Shown: one piece after another, positions 17,235 through 27,586 of the stretch
Numbering within the stretch: position 1 is the stretch's first letter
Layout: each line of letters opens with the position of its first letter
Assembly: GCA_047602425.1 (NCBI GenBank)
Contig: JASGHG010000001.1
Coordinates: 3,904,001-3,968,000, forward strand
Length of the DNA: 64,000 nt
Direction of reading: 5' to 3'
Origin: Nibricoccus sp.
GTDB taxonomy: Bacteria > Verrucomicrobiota > Verrucomicrobiia > Opitutales > Opitutaceae
Made by a program: the position numbers and the translations under genes
Notes under the pieces: model-generated
Seen by the model: the letters and a program-made list of their open reading frames with translations, nothing else
What the model was told of the DNA's origin: nothing
Database searches by the model: none

Positions 17235-17253
17235 GGTTCAGCGAACCTAATTC

Positions 17254-17973
17254 ATGTCCAATCTTGTTCCTGCGCCTATTTCCACCACGCCCGACCTCGA
17301 AAAAACTTCCGCTGAAGAACGGGTTCGATGGGCGGTGGACACCTACGGCGACGGCTTGGTGCTGACGACCAGTTTTGGCATTCAAGCGGCGGTGATGTTG
17401 CATCTGGTGACGCAAGTTGCGCCGAAGATTCCCGTGATTTTTATCGATACCGGTTACTTGTTCCCGGAAACGTACCGATTCGCGCGCGATCTCACGGCCC
17501 GGCTGAATCTGAATTTGAAGAAATATGTGCCGGCATCGACCGCGGCTGAGCAGGAGGCGCTGTTTGGCAAGGAATGGGAACAGGGCGTGGAAGGACTGAA
17601 ACGCTATAATTTCCTCAACAAAGTCGAACCAATGGACCGCGCCATTCGCGAACTCGGCGCCACGGCCTGGCTGGCGGGCTTGCGACGTTCACAATCGAGC
17701 ACTCGCGAGGCGGTGAAAATTGTTCAACAGCAAAATAAAATCGCCAAAATTCATCCCATTGCCGACTGGGACAACAAGCGCGTGCATCAATATCTCACCA
17801 AATATGAGCTGCCTTATCATCCGTTGTGGGAAGAAGGCTATGTCTCGGTGGGCGACTGGCACAGTACGACCAAGCTACTCGATGGCATGAAGGAAGAAGA
17901 CACGCGCTTTGGCGGCCTCAAACGCGAATGCGGCCTCCACGAAGTTTCCGGCCGCACGGATTTTTCGATTTAG
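17254..17973 (+). CDS. cysH: Phosphoadenylyl-sulfate (PAPS) reductase
   Basis: [30 protein letters not shown] and C-terminal RECGLH. It lacks the CC/CxxC Fe-S motif of APS reductases. Confidence 0.93.
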   Translation: MSNLVPAPISTTPDLEKTSAEERVRWAVDTYGDGLVLTTSFGIQAAVMLHLVTQVAPKIPVIFIDTGYLFPETYRFARDLTARLNLNLKKYVPASTAAEQEALFGKEWEQGVEGLKRYNFLNKVEPMDRAIRELGATAWLAGLRRSQSSTREAVKIVQQQNKIAKIHPIADWDNKRVHQYLTKYELPYHPLWEEGYVSVGDWHSTTKLLDGMKEEDTRFGGLKRECGLHEVSGRTDFSI

Positions 17974-20015
17974 GGCGTAAGCTTAAACTGCGGGTGATCT
18001 TCGATGCTCTGCGCGAAGGCGTGTTTGTCGTCCTCCGACAAATGGGCGGGATATTTGGAGCTGCTGCGGCGCCAGCGCGCGAGCCACTCGCTGTCGAGCA
18101 ATTTAGGTCTGGCGGGATGTTCGTTTGCGCCGCTGATCCGGTTGAAGGCCACGGTTGTGCTGGCTTTGGGACCGGTGCCGAGGCCTTCGCCCACGAAGAA
18201 ACCGGTGCTCAGCAGGGCGACACGCACGGCCGTCGCGGCGGAATAAGTGTAGAGCTCCGTCGACTTTGAACCGCAGTGTTGGACGATGCGGGCAAAAACC
18301 TCGGACGTCCAAAGCGCGGAGTCGGTCTTGGCGGAAAACGGATCGTAGAAAATAAGGTCGGGCACGGCCGCTTCTTCCAAGTACTCGAGGAAATCGCCCG
18401 CGAGTAGTTCCCACTGCATCAAGCCGGATGCGTGCGACCAGCGGCCATTGGCAAGAATCGCATGCGGTGCACCGTGTCGCAGATGGAGAAAGTGCGAAGC
18501 GTGGCGGGAGGCGAGTTTGAGCGGATCGAGATCGCATTCGAAACTGACCAGCCGAAGCGGACGCACCGCATCGGGGCCTTTTGCGGCGAGCGTTTGCTCG
18601 AAGCATTGGAGCGCGGCCATAGCATTGGAGGCGGCGCCGAGGCCGACATCCCAGATCACCAATTCGGAACTGTTCTCGCCGGAAGGCTTGAGCAAACGGT
18701 CGGCAAGGTGGGATTGCTCGATGTAGAGCCGGTTGGCTTCGTCGTGCGGGGCGGAAACGGAGTGCATCACTTCACCGGAGCTAACCTGTCGAATGCTGGA
18801 AAATCCCTGGGGCGATGTGATCATTTCATAGTCGCCGAGTTTCCGCCGGGCCGTCGAAGTGCCGCGCGTTTTCTTTGGGTGCAGGCACGGGTTGTCCTCG
18901 TCATTGCGCATGAGTTCGGGCCGTTTGCGTTCGTAGTAGGCGGGAAATTCGTTTCGCAAAATGCTCTCTCGCATCTCGCGCATGAGACGGTGATAAAACG
19001 CGATGTTGTGGGTGGCGAGGAGTTGCCAGGCGAGCATCTCGTCAGCTTTGACTAGGTGGTGAATGTAGCCGCGCGAATGATTGCGGCAGGTATGGCAGTC
19101 GCAGCGGGCATCGAGCGGCTCGTCTTGAAATTTGTAGACGGCGCGACGGAAGTGCATCCGGCCATGCGAAGTAAAGGCGGTGCCACGTTGCGCGAGTTGC
19201 GAGGGGATGATGCAATCGAACATGTCTACACCGCGGTGGACGGCTTCGAGAATGTCGATCGGTGTTCCTACGCCCATCAGATAGCGTGGCAAATGGTGCG
19301 GCAGGTGATCGGTGGCGAGATCGGTGAAACGATAGCGTTCTTCATGCGTTTCTCCGACGGCAAGCCCGCCGATGGCGAGTCCGTCGAACGGTAGTTTGCC
19401 GAGAAAAGCGGCGCTTTTTTTTCGCAACTCCGGATGGCAGGCGCCCTGGACGATGCCGAACAACGCCTGCGGGGAATCGCCACGGGCGCGCAGCGAGCGC
19501 TCGGCCCAGCGATGCGTGAGATGCATGGCGGCCTCGGCTTGTTCATAGGGAGCGGTTGAGGGAATGCACTGATCGAGCACCATCATGATGTCGCTGCCGA
19601 TGGCCTTTTGCATCTCGATGCTGGATTCGGGCGACAGGAGATGAACGGCGCCATCCACGTAACTCTTGAAACGCGCGCCGTCCTCGTTCATCACGCGGTC
19701 GCTGGGCAGGGAAAAAATCTGGAAGCCGCCGGAATCGGTGAGCACGGGTCCATCCCATTTCATAAACCTATGAATACCGCCAAACGCCCTGAACACCTCG
19801 GGACCGGGACGGAGCATCAAGTGATAAGTGTTGGCCAGCAGGACGGTGGAACCGGTGGCCTTGAGGCTTTCAGCGGTTTGTCCCTTGACGGTGGCTTGGG
19901 TGCCGACCGGCATGAAAACAGGGGTTTTGACCTCGCCATGGAGCGTTTGAAAGGTTGCCGCGCGGGCCTTGGAACCAGTGGACGTGTTTTCGAGTTTAAA
20001 GTTGAGACGGGACAT
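17970..20015 (-). CDS. tgt: tRNA-guanine(34) transglycosylase fused to a C-terminal MnmC/MnmD-like SAM methyltransferase
   Basis: [33 protein letters not shown] and the Zn site CDCHTC..H. The C-terminal ~290 aa carry [16 protein letters not shown] and TYSAATAVR. Confidence 0.93.
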   Translation of the reverse strand: MSRLNFKLENTSTGSKARAATFQTLHGEVKTPVFMPVGTQATVKGQTAESLKATGSTVLLANTYHLMLRPGPEVFRAFGGIHRFMKWDGPVLTDSGGFQIFSLPSDRVMNEDGARFKSYVDGAVHLLSPESSIEMQKAIGSDIMMVLDQCIPSTAPYEQAEAAMHLTHRWAERSLRARGDSPQALFGIVQGACHPELRKKSAAFLGKLPFDGLAIGGLAVGETHEERYRFTDLATDHLPHHLPRYLMGVGTPIDILEAVHRGVDMFDCIIPSQLAQRGTAFTSHGRMHFRRAVYKFQDEPLDARCDCHTCRNHSRGYIHHLVKADEMLAWQLLATHNIAFYHRLMREMRESILRNEFPAYYERKRPELMRNDEDNPCLHPKKTRGTSTARRKLGDYEMITSPQGFSSIRQVSSGEVMHSVSAPHDEANRLYIEQSHLADRLLKPSGENSSELVIWDVGLGAASNAMAALQCFEQTLAAKGPDAVRPLRLVSFECDLDPLKLASRHASHFLHLRHGAPHAILANGRWSHASGLMQWELLAGDFLEYLEEAAVPDLIFYDPFSAKTDSALWTSEVFARIVQHCGSKSTELYTYSAATAVRVALLSTGFFVGEGLGTGPKASTTVAFNRISGANEHPARPKLLDSEWLARWRRSSSKYPAHLSEDDKHAFAQSIEDHPQFKLTP

Positions 20016-20183
20016 GTTTGACGAGGCGTGTAGTCAGGTGTCGATCCCTGATAAAATAAACGCGTTGGCAGGCTGTTACACGGAGGGCAGTTGGCCAATG
20101 GAAATCTATTTCGTGCTGAAACGGGTTGTCGCCCGCGAGCCGTGCTGGCAGTTTCGTACGTTTACTCACAATGCGTTCCGCCA

Positions 20184-21434
20184 ATGATTTCGATTCCTGA
20201 ATTGCTCGCCCCTGCCGGGGACTGGAAAAGTCTCGACGCCGCGCTCGATGCCGGCGCGGACGCGGTGTATTTTGGTGTGCGTGGCTTCAACATGCGTGCG
20301 GCGGCGAAAAACTTTACGACGCGAGATCTGCCGAAGATCGTTGCGCGCTGTCACAAGCGAAAGGTGCGGGCTTATCTTACGCTCAACGTTGTGGTATTTG
20401 AGCGTGAAATGGTGGCGTTGCAGCGCTTGTTGAAGGCGGCGAAAAAGGCGCAAATCGACGCGGTCATTGGTGCGGATTTCGCGGTACTGGCGGCGGCGCG
20501 AAAACTCGGCCTGCAAGTCCACGCCTCGACCCAGATGTCGGTCGCGAATTCGGCGGCAATTGCATTTCTTCACGGGCTGGGCGTGCGGCGTTTCGTTTTG
20601 GCGAGAGAGTGTTCGATCGAGGACATTCGCAAGATCAAGCAATCCCTGCGAACGGCCCTCGGGAAAAAGGCCGACGCTGTGACGATCGAGGCGTTTGGCC
20701 ATGGCGCGATGTGTGTCTCGATGAGCGGACGTTGTTTCCTATCCAATTTCGAAGGCGGAAAATCCGCCAATCGCGGCGAGTGCTCGCAACAGTGTCGACG
20801 GGAGTATCGCATCGTGGAGACACGTGCCGGTCAGGAATGGACCTTGGGCAAGGACTATATTCTCAGTCCAAAGGACCTTTGCACCCTGCCATTTCTGGAA
20901 AAACTGATCGACGCCGGCGTGGGCTCATTGAAAATCGAGGGTCGAAATCGCGGTCCGGAATATGTTTCGACGGTGGTCGGCGCTTATCGCCGGGCTTTGG
21001 ATTTTTACGCGAAAAATCGAGGCAAACGTGGGTGGTTAAACCAATTCGAAGAGCTAAAAACTTCGCTGGTAAAGGAAGTGGGCGATGTCTACAATCGGGG
21101 CCTCTCATCAGGTTTCTATTGTGGAAAGCCGATCGGCCAGTGGAGCACGAAACCCGACAATGCGTCGCCGATGCGGAAGCGTTTCGTCGGCACCGTGGTG
21201 AATTATTTCAAGAAACCCGCCGTGGCTGAGATTGCAGTGCAAGACGAACCATTTGGCATCGGCGATGAACTTTTCGTCGAAGGCCACACGACCGGCTTTT
21301 TCCGGCAAAAAGTGGAATCGCTTCAGATCGATTCGCAGCCGGTCGACAAAGCCCCCTCAGGCGTTCACGTCGCCCTGCGCGTCACCGAACCAGTCCGTAG
21401 AGGCGACAAGCTCTACGTCATGCGCGCGAAGTAA
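20184..21434 (+). CDS. Peptidase U32 family protein (TrhP/RlhA-like Fe-S hydroxylation factor)
   Basis: Start MISIPELLAPAG. GADAVYFG, HASTQ, LARE, HGAMC..SGRC, NRGECSQQCR, SLKIEGR. Confidence 0.9.
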   Translation: MISIPELLAPAGDWKSLDAALDAGADAVYFGVRGFNMRAAAKNFTTRDLPKIVARCHKRKVRAYLTLNVVVFEREMVALQRLLKAAKKAQIDAVIGADFAVLAAARKLGLQVHASTQMSVANSAAIAFLHGLGVRRFVLARECSIEDIRKIKQSLRTALGKKADAVTIEAFGHGAMCVSMSGRCFLSNFEGGKSANRGECSQQCRREYRIVETRAGQEWTLGKDYILSPKDLCTLPFLEKLIDAGVGSLKIEGRNRGPEYVSTVVGAYRRALDFYAKNRGKRGWLNQFEELKTSLVKEVGDVYNRGLSSGFYCGKPIGQWSTKPDNASPMRKRFVGTVVNYFKKPAVAEIAVQDEPFGIGDELFVEGHTTGFFRQKVESLQIDSQPVDKAPSGVHVALRVTEPVRRGDKLYVMRAK

Positions 21435-21512
21435 CCACGTTGGCTGATCTCGGCCGTTCCTACCACGGCTCAACATTGGCCTATAGCCCCAGGAGCCCAG
21501 ACCCCGCAGAAA

Positions 21513-21615
21513 GTTTGTCATCTATTAAATGACAACGGGGTTCGGTGCTGCATTTTTACCTGCGAAAAAGATTTTTTGTGACCGAACGTTGGTTGTCATT
21601 TAATAGATGACAAAC
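21513..21615. repeat. Inverted doublet of the TTGTCATC-N5-GATGACAA palindrome (REP/REPIN-like)
   Basis: 21513-21536 GTTTGTCATCTATTAAATGACAAC is the exact reverse complement of 21592-21615. An inner inverted pair GTTCGGT/ACCGAAC is also present. Confidence 0.85.
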
Positions 21616-21696
21616 CCACGTGCGCGGCGGGCATCTTTTTTAAAGGAAGTGCGGCTCGTGATTTTTGATGTTGGCGAAAGTCTCTTCAGCTTCGGT

Positions 21697-22569
21697 CTAG
21701 GCGCGGCGGAACTTTTTTGCGATGGCGGCGATGAAGGCGGGGCTTGTACCGCAGCAACCGCCGATGAAATTAGTGCCGGTGGCGACGACTTCGGCGGCTT
21801 TGTCCGCGAAAAATTCCGGAATCGCCGGATAAACGGTCTGGCCTGCGACGATTTCAGGCAGGCCGGCGTTGGCTTTGATCCAAACGGGCAGGGTGGTTGC
21901 GGCGCGGAGGCGTTTGGCAATGCTCAGATAGCCTTCGATGCCGCGTCCGCAATTCGCGCCGACCGCATCGACTCCCGCTTCGGTGAGTGCGGCGACGGCT
22001 TCTTCGGGCGTGGCGCCCATCATGGTGCGGTCGCGTTGCGCGCCGGAATCGAAGACGAGGCTGGCGATGACGGGCAAGCCAGAGGCTTTCGCGGCGGCAA
22101 TGGCGGCGCGGGTTTCATCGAGATCGGCGAACGTTTCGAGCAGAATCGCGTCGGCACCGGCGGCGGCCAGGGCATTGATTTGTTCGGCGAACGTGGCGCG
22201 CAATTCCTCCTCGGTGGCTTCACCCATCGCGAGCATTTTTCCGGTTGGACCCACGGACGCAAAGACCAGGGCTCGGCCGGCCGCCGCACGCTTGGAAATT
22301 TCCACGCCTGCCTTGTTGATGGCGGCGGTTTTGTCTCCAGCATTGTGATCGGCAAGGCGCATGCGGGTTGCGCCAAAGGTGTTGGTTAGAATCACCTGGC
22401 TGCCCGCGTCGACGTAGGAGCGGGCGACTTTTTCCACTCGGTCCGGATGTGTGAGATTCCAGAGATCCGGACATTCGCCGGCGCCGAGGCCTTGGGCCTG
22501 AAGTTGCGTGCCCCAGGCGCCGTCGGTAATGACTGGGCCGGGAAGGAGTTTGGCGATGAGGGGATGCAT
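21697..22569 (-). CDS. Homocysteine S-methyltransferase family protein (stand-alone MetH N-terminal-like domain)
   Basis: ITDGAWGT, AGSQVILTNTFG, SVGPTG, GANC, ANAGLP and GGCCGTSP Zn-ligand motifs. Confidence 0.9.
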   Translation of the reverse strand: MHPLIAKLLPGPVITDGAWGTQLQAQGLGAGECPDLWNLTHPDRVEKVARSYVDAGSQVILTNTFGATRMRLADHNAGDKTAAINKAGVEISKRAAAGRALVFASVGPTGKMLAMGEATEEELRATFAEQINALAAAGADAILLETFADLDETRAAIAAAKASGLPVIASLVFDSGAQRDRTMMGATPEEAVAALTEAGVDAVGANCGRGIEGYLSIAKRLRAATTLPVWIKANAGLPEIVAGQTVYPAIPEFFADKAAEVVATGTNFIGGCCGTSPAFIAAIAKKFRRA

Positions 22570-22620
22570 GACTATTCGAGACGGAGGAACTTGAGAGGTT
22601 GAGGGGGACGTGGAGGAAAA

Positions 22621-22869
22621 TTATTGGCGCGATTTATTTTGTTTAGCCCGGATGACACAGGCCACAAGCGCGATGCCCGGCGCCCAGACGAGGGCGATAA
22701 AACCGAGGTGGCGCGCACCGGCCACGACATGTGAGAACACGGAATGGTCGCTTCCGAAGAGGGGCCCGAGCAAGGGGAAACTCACGGCGCCGACCAGTGC
22801 GCCACCGCCAACAACGGCGAGCAGCCAAACAATAAAGTAAACAGCCCAATGGCTATCTCGCAGTTTCAT
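22621..22869 (-). CDS. Small membrane protein, hypothetical
   Basis: 82 aa with two hydrophobic segments; ATGA overlap with the upstream reductase gene. Confidence 0.7.
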   Translation of the reverse strand: MKLRDSHWAVYFIVWLLAVVGGGALVGAVSFPLLGPLFGSDHSVFSHVVAGARHLGFIALVWAPGIALVACVIRAKQNKSRQ

Positions 22870-23393
22870 TTTTCGACACGGTATTTCAACAGCAGGGTAT
22901 CGGGCGAAAGATTTTCCCGGGCCAGCAGCTTGAGTTGGGTTGAAGTGCGGCGAGCGAGGAGGGGAATGCCACCGCCGAAAAGAAGCGGTTCCACCGTGAG
23001 CCAGAATTCATCGATGAGAGCGGCCTCCAGAAAAAGGCTGTGGATTTGGGAACCACCCAAGATCGCACAACGTTGAAAACCGCGAGCGTGGAGAGTGGCC
23101 ACGAGTGCAGCGGGTTGGCTGGCGACAAATTCCAGTTTACCCGGCGTGGCATCCCGAACAAAAGCATCGGGCGAACGCGTGACCACGACGCGCAGGCGTT
23201 CCGGCATGAGTGACGCGCGAATCATTTCGCGGGCCGTGCGGTAAGTTTCTCCGCCCATCACGCAGCAATCGAAATCGCGCAGCGCTTCTCGGAACCACGT
23301 ACGATCTGCTTCCGACGCAAAAGCGCTTCCGGGCATGTCGTGCCTGGTGATGAAGCCGTCGAGCGATTGGGCGGCAATGAGCGTGAGACGCAT
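22866..23393 (-). CDS. Dihydrofolate reductase / RibD C-terminal domain protein
   Basis: Start [49 protein letters not shown]. Confidence 0.88.
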   Translation of the reverse strand: MRLTLIAAQSLDGFITRHDMPGSAFASEADRTWFREALRDFDCCVMGGETYRTAREMIRASLMPERLRVVVTRSPDAFVRDATPGKLEFVASQPAALVATLHARGFQRCAILGGSQIHSLFLEAALIDEFWLTVEPLLFGGGIPLLARRTSTQLKLLARENLSPDTLLLKYRVEK

Positions 23394-23531
23394 AGGTGTG
23401 GTTATGCGTGCTTGGCTCCTGGGCACAAGTCCCCTGTTTTGCTGTCCGAGGGGAACGTTTGCGTTAAATCACGACTTTGGCACCCGCAGTGCTTGCGCAA
23501 AGACGGCGGGTTCCACAACGTTTTATATTTC

Positions 23532-24551
23532 ATGAAAAAAGCACTCATCACGGGCATCACTGGACAGGACGGCAGTTATCTCGCGGAACTACTTTTATCC
23601 AAGGGCTACGAGGTTCACGGCGTGATTCGTCGTGCGTCGACGTTCAATACCAGCCGCATCGATCACCTTTATCGCGATCCGCATGTCAACGATGTGCGCC
23701 TTTTCCTGCATTACGGTGACCTTGCCGATTCCGTGCAGATGGTGAAGTTGCTCTATCAACTGCAACCGGATGAAATCTACAATCTCGGCGCCCAATCGCA
23801 TGTGCGTGTTTCCTTCGATGTGCCAGAGTACACGGGCGATGTAGTGGGTCTCGGCGCTCAACGTATTCTTGAGGCCATTCGTGAAGCCGGCCTCGTGGAA
23901 AAATGCCGTTACTACCAAGCTTCCTCTTCCGAAATGTTCGGCAAAGTTCAAGAGGTTCCTCAAACGGAAAAAACGCCTTTCTGGCCCCGTTCGCCCTACG
24001 GCTGCGCTAAAATGTACGCCCACTGGCTCACGGTTAATTATCGCGAGTCTTACAACCTCCACGCGAGCAGCGGTATTCTTTTCAACCACGAGTCTCCCCG
24101 CCGTGGCGAAACATTTGTCACCCGCAAAATCACCCGCGCGGCAACGCGCATCAAGATGGGCCTTCAGGAATCTCTTTACCTCGGCAATCTCGACGCCAAA
24201 CGCGACTGGGGCTACGCCAAGGAATACGTCGAGATGATGTGGGTCATGCTTCAGCAGGACAAACCCGACGATTACGTCGTGGGTACCAACGAAACTCACA
24301 GCGTGAAGGAGTTTTGCCAGGTTGCTTTTGCCCGCGTCGGACTCGACTGGGAAAAGTACGTCAAATACGACCAGCGCTACGAACGTCCGGCTGAAGTGGA
24401 TCTCCTCATCGGCAATCCGGCTAAGGCCAAAAAGCAGCTTGGTTGGGAGCCAAAGGTTCGGTTCAAGGAACTCGTGGAGCTGATGGTCGACCACGATCTT
24501 GAACTCGCCAAACGCGAAGCGAAAATCGCCGCCATCGACGCCAAACCATGA
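23532..24551 (+). CDS. gmd: GDP-mannose 4,6-dehydratase
   Basis: [55 protein letters not shown]. Confidence 0.98.
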   Translation: MKKALITGITGQDGSYLAELLLSKGYEVHGVIRRASTFNTSRIDHLYRDPHVNDVRLFLHYGDLADSVQMVKLLYQLQPDEIYNLGAQSHVRVSFDVPEYTGDVVGLGAQRILEAIREAGLVEKCRYYQASSSEMFGKVQEVPQTEKTPFWPRSPYGCAKMYAHWLTVNYRESYNLHASSGILFNHESPRRGETFVTRKITRAATRIKMGLQESLYLGNLDAKRDWGYAKEYVEMMWVMLQQDKPDDYVVGTNETHSVKEFCQVAFARVGLDWEKYVKYDQRYERPAEVDLLIGNPAKAKKQLGWEPKVRFKELVELMVDHDLELAKREAKIAAIDAKP

Positions 24552-25483
24552 AAATTTTCATCGCAGGCCACAAAGGCATGGTGGGAAGCGCCCTCGTGCG
24601 CCGTTTCAAAAACGAACCCGGCGTCACACTCGTCCTCCGCGCGCGCCAGGAACTCGATCTCACGTCGCAGGCCCAGGTTGACGCGTTTTTCGCCGCGGAA
24701 AAACCGGACATCGCCTTTGTCGGCGCGGCCAAGGTCGGTGGTATCCACGCCAACAATACCTATCCGGCCGAGTTCATTTACGAAAATCTCGCCATCGCCT
24801 CCAACACCGTGCACGGCGCCTACAAAGCCGGCGTGAAACACCTCTTCTTCCTCGGCAGCTCCTGCATCTACCCAAAGCTTGCGCCCCAGCCGATGACCGA
24901 GGACTGCCTGCTTACCAGTCCGCTGGAGCCGACTAACGAAGCGTACGCCATCGCCAAAATCGCCGGGCTCAAGCTCTGCCAATATTACCGCAAGCAATAC
25001 GGCGTGCTATACCATTCCGGCATGCCGACGAATCTCTACGGCCCGGTCGACAACTATCATCCGCAAAATTCGCATGTGCTTCCCGCACTGATCTCGCGTT
25101 TTCACGCAGCCAAGGAGGAGAAACTCCCCGAAGTCATCGCTTGGGGCACGGGCAAACCGATGCGCGAGTTCCTGCACGTCGACGATCTCGCCGACGCCTG
25201 CGCCTTCTTGGTGAAACTCGAAAATCCGCCCGACTGGATCAACATCGGCACGGGTATCGATGTCTCGATCAAGGAGCTGACCGAAACCGTCGCCACCGCC
25301 ATCGGCTATCAGGGCCGCATTACGTGGGACACGACAAAGCCTGACGGCACGCCGCGTAAACTCATGGATGTTTCCCGCCTGACTGCTCTCGGCTGGAAAG
25401 CGAAAATCTCTCTCCGCGACGGCATCGCCAAAACCTACGCTTCTTATCTTGCCGAAAAAGCCGCCGGAACGCTGCGCAGCTAA
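24548..25483 (+). CDS. fcl: GDP-L-fucose synthase
   Basis: [50 protein letters not shown] overlap with gmd. Confidence 0.97.
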   Translation: MKIFIAGHKGMVGSALVRRFKNEPGVTLVLRARQELDLTSQAQVDAFFAAEKPDIAFVGAAKVGGIHANNTYPAEFIYENLAIASNTVHGAYKAGVKHLFFLGSSCIYPKLAPQPMTEDCLLTSPLEPTNEAYAIAKIAGLKLCQYYRKQYGVLYHSGMPTNLYGPVDNYHPQNSHVLPALISRFHAAKEEKLPEVIAWGTGKPMREFLHVDDLADACAFLVKLENPPDWINIGTGIDVSIKELTETVATAIGYQGRITWDTTKPDGTPRKLMDVSRLTALGWKAKISLRDGIAKTYASYLAEKAAGTLRS

Positions 25484-25581
25484 GATCTTTGAATCTTTGA
25501 CCGCAATGCCCGCCTACGCGCTTTTCGGATCGTGGTGAGGCGGTCGCGCTTCATTTCCATCGCACCGGACACTCCGCCCTT

Positions 25582-25618
25582 CAAACCGTTTGTCATCCAT
25601 TAGATGACAAGCGGTTTG
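25582..25618. repeat. Single copy of the dispersed palindrome with extended arms
   Basis: CAAACCG-T-TTGTCATC-CATTA-GATGACAA-G-CGGTTTG; core at 25590-25610. Confidence 0.85.
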
Positions 25619-25727
25619 GGCCTATCGGATCGTTGTCTATGGAGGTCTGTGGTGAGAGAATAAGAGGTTTATAAACGTCGACTGGACAAAATGCTTCTTT
25701 GGGTTACGGTGACGCTCGTTTCCAACC

Positions 25728-25811
25728 ATGTCCGCTCTACGCTCCATTATTATTGCGATTAGCAGCTCGATTATTTCGGGCCGCGGGCCCGGGCATGGAA
25801 ACAGCGCGTAA
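25728..25811 (+). CDS. Ile-rich attenuator leader peptide MSALRSIIIAISSSIISGRGPGHGNSA
   Basis: Read by hand (too short for the ORF track): ATG 25728 to TAA 25811 with six ATT codons, followed by a terminator and cimA. Confidence 0.85.
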   Translation: MSALRSIIIAISSSIISGRGPGHGNSA

Positions 25812-25837
25812 TCGCAAAACGCACTACGATTTTCCTG

Positions 25838-25867
25838 AACCCGGGCCTGCAAAAGCCCGGGTTTTTT
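25838..25867 (+). terminator. Attenuator terminator upstream of cimA
   Basis: AACCCGGGC-CTGCAAAA-GCCCGGGTT-TTTT. GGCCCGGG in the leader (~25786-25793) can pair with the 5' arm as an antiterminator. Confidence 0.85.
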
Positions 25868-25916
25868 ATTCTCCACACTCTAAATTTCTCTCGTAACACT
25901 TCCAACATCCCCGCCC

Positions 25917-27488
25917 ATGAAATCCAATCAAGTCCTCATCTACGACACCACTCTTCGCGACGGCACGCAGGGCGAAGGCATCAGCTTTTCCGTGACGGAC
26001 AAACTCCTCATCGCCGAGAAGCTCGACCAATTCGGGGTGGACTACATCGAGGGCGGGTTCCCGGGATCCAACCCGCGCGACATAACCTTTTTCCAAGAGG
26101 TAAAAAATCTCCGCTTGAAGCACGCGAAGATCGCCGCCTTCGGTTCGACCCGCCGCGCAGGAGGAAAAGCCTCCGACGATCCGCAACTCCGCACGCTCCT
26201 CGACAGCGGCGTGCCGGTCATGACGCTGGTGGGCAAAACTTGGACGCTCCACGTCACCGAAATCCTGCGCACGACGCTCGAAGAAAATCTCGCGATGATC
26301 GAAGACTCGATCGCATACCTCGTCGCCAATGGTCGCGAGGTCGTGCACGACGCCGAGCATTTCTTTGATGGGTACAAAAATAATGCCGACTACGCGCTGC
26401 GCACGCTCGCAGCGGCGTTGAAGGGCGGAGCCAGCAACCTCACGCTTTGCGACACCAACGGCGGCACGATGGTCGACGAATTCAAGGAAATCGTCGGACG
26501 CGTGGTGAAGGAATTCGGTGCGGATAAAGTCGGCGTGCATTGCCACAACGACAGCGGCCTCGGCGTCGCCGTCTCGCTCGCGGGTATCGCCGCCGGCGCC
26601 ACGCTCGTGCAGGGCACGGTGAATGGTTATGGTGAGCGCACCGGCAACGCCAATCTCATCACCATCCTGCCGAATCTCTTCCTCAAGATGGGTCGCACCG
26701 CGCATTGCGCGCCCAACCTTGGCCAGCTGCGCGAGCTCTCGCTCTATTTCGATGAATTGGCGAACCTGCGTCCAGATACCAAATCGCCTTATGTCGGCGC
26801 GTCGGCGTTTGCGCATAAGGGCGGACTCCACGCCAACGCCGCGCAAAAAGTCAAAAGCAGCTACGAGCACATCGATCCGGCGCTTGTCGGCAACCGCACG
26901 CGCGTGCTCGTTTCCGATATGGCCGGCCGCAGTAGCGTCGCGATGAAGGCGAAGGAACTCGGTTTCGATCTCGACGAAAAATCACCCGCCATGAAAGGGC
27001 TGATCGACGAATTGAAGGACCTCGAATTTCGCGGCTATGAATTTGAAGCCGCCGATGCCTCGCTCAAACTCCTCCTCGCAAAATGGCTTGGCCATAAAAA
27101 ATCGTCATTCGAACTCGAATCGTATCGCGTGATCGTCGAGCGCCGCGGGCCGGAATCGAGTCTTGTTGCGGAAGCGACGGTTAAACTCCGCATCAACGGC
27201 GAAGTTGTTCATACGGTCGCTGAAGGCACCGGCCCGGTCGGCGCGCTCGACAAGGCTCTGCGCCTTGCCCTCGAGGGCGTTTTCCCGTCGCTGAAGGCCA
27301 CGCGCCTGACCGATTACAAGGTCCGCATCCTCGACAGCCGCCAGAGCGCCAATGCCCGCACCCGCGTCCTGATCGAGACGACCGACGGCCATTCCATCTG
27401 GGGAACGGTTGGTGTGAGCGACAATATCATCGACGCCAGCTGGGAAGCCTTGCGCGACGCCGTCGAGTACAAGCTCCAGCAGGGTTGA
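25917..27488 (+). CDS. cimA: Citramalate synthase (LeuA/CimA DRE-TIM family)
   Basis: YDTTLRDGTQGEG, IEGGFPGSNP, DAEHFFDG, LCDTNGG, HCHNDSG, GYGERTGNAN, SAFAHKGGLH, WGTVGVSDNII. The Ile leader supports an Ile-pathway role. Confidence 0.92.
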   Translation: MKSNQVLIYDTTLRDGTQGEGISFSVTDKLLIAEKLDQFGVDYIEGGFPGSNPRDITFFQEVKNLRLKHAKIAAFGSTRRAGGKASDDPQLRTLLDSGVPVMTLVGKTWTLHVTEILRTTLEENLAMIEDSIAYLVANGREVVHDAEHFFDGYKNNADYALRTLAAALKGGASNLTLCDTNGGTMVDEFKEIVGRVVKEFGADKVGVHCHNDSGLGVAVSLAGIAAGATLVQGTVNGYGERTGNANLITILPNLFLKMGRTAHCAPNLGQLRELSLYFDELANLRPDTKSPYVGASAFAHKGGLHANAAQKVKSSYEHIDPALVGNRTRVLVSDMAGRSSVAMKAKELGFDLDEKSPAMKGLIDELKDLEFRGYEFEAADASLKLLLAKWLGHKKSSFELESYRVIVERRGPESSLVAEATVKLRINGEVVHTVAEGTGPVGALDKALRLALEGVFPSLKATRLTDYKVRILDSRQSANARTRVLIETTDGHSIWGTVGVSDNIIDASWEALRDAVEYKLQQG

Positions 27489-27586
27489 ACGACCGGCGCC
27501 AAGAGGCGCCTTGCTGTGTCAATTGGCGTGCATTGACAGTTCCGGGCCGTATGATCCGGACCGTTACACATCCTTTTTGACTCAAT

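Noticed and set aside
25699..25896. 65-aa ORF-track call upstream of cimA
   Set aside because: It has a weak start and runs through the terminator. The 27-aa Ile-rich frame explains the region better.
27533..27555. TTGACA and TATGAT as a sigma70 promoter
   Set aside because: The spacing is only 11 bp, too short for a -35/-10 pair.
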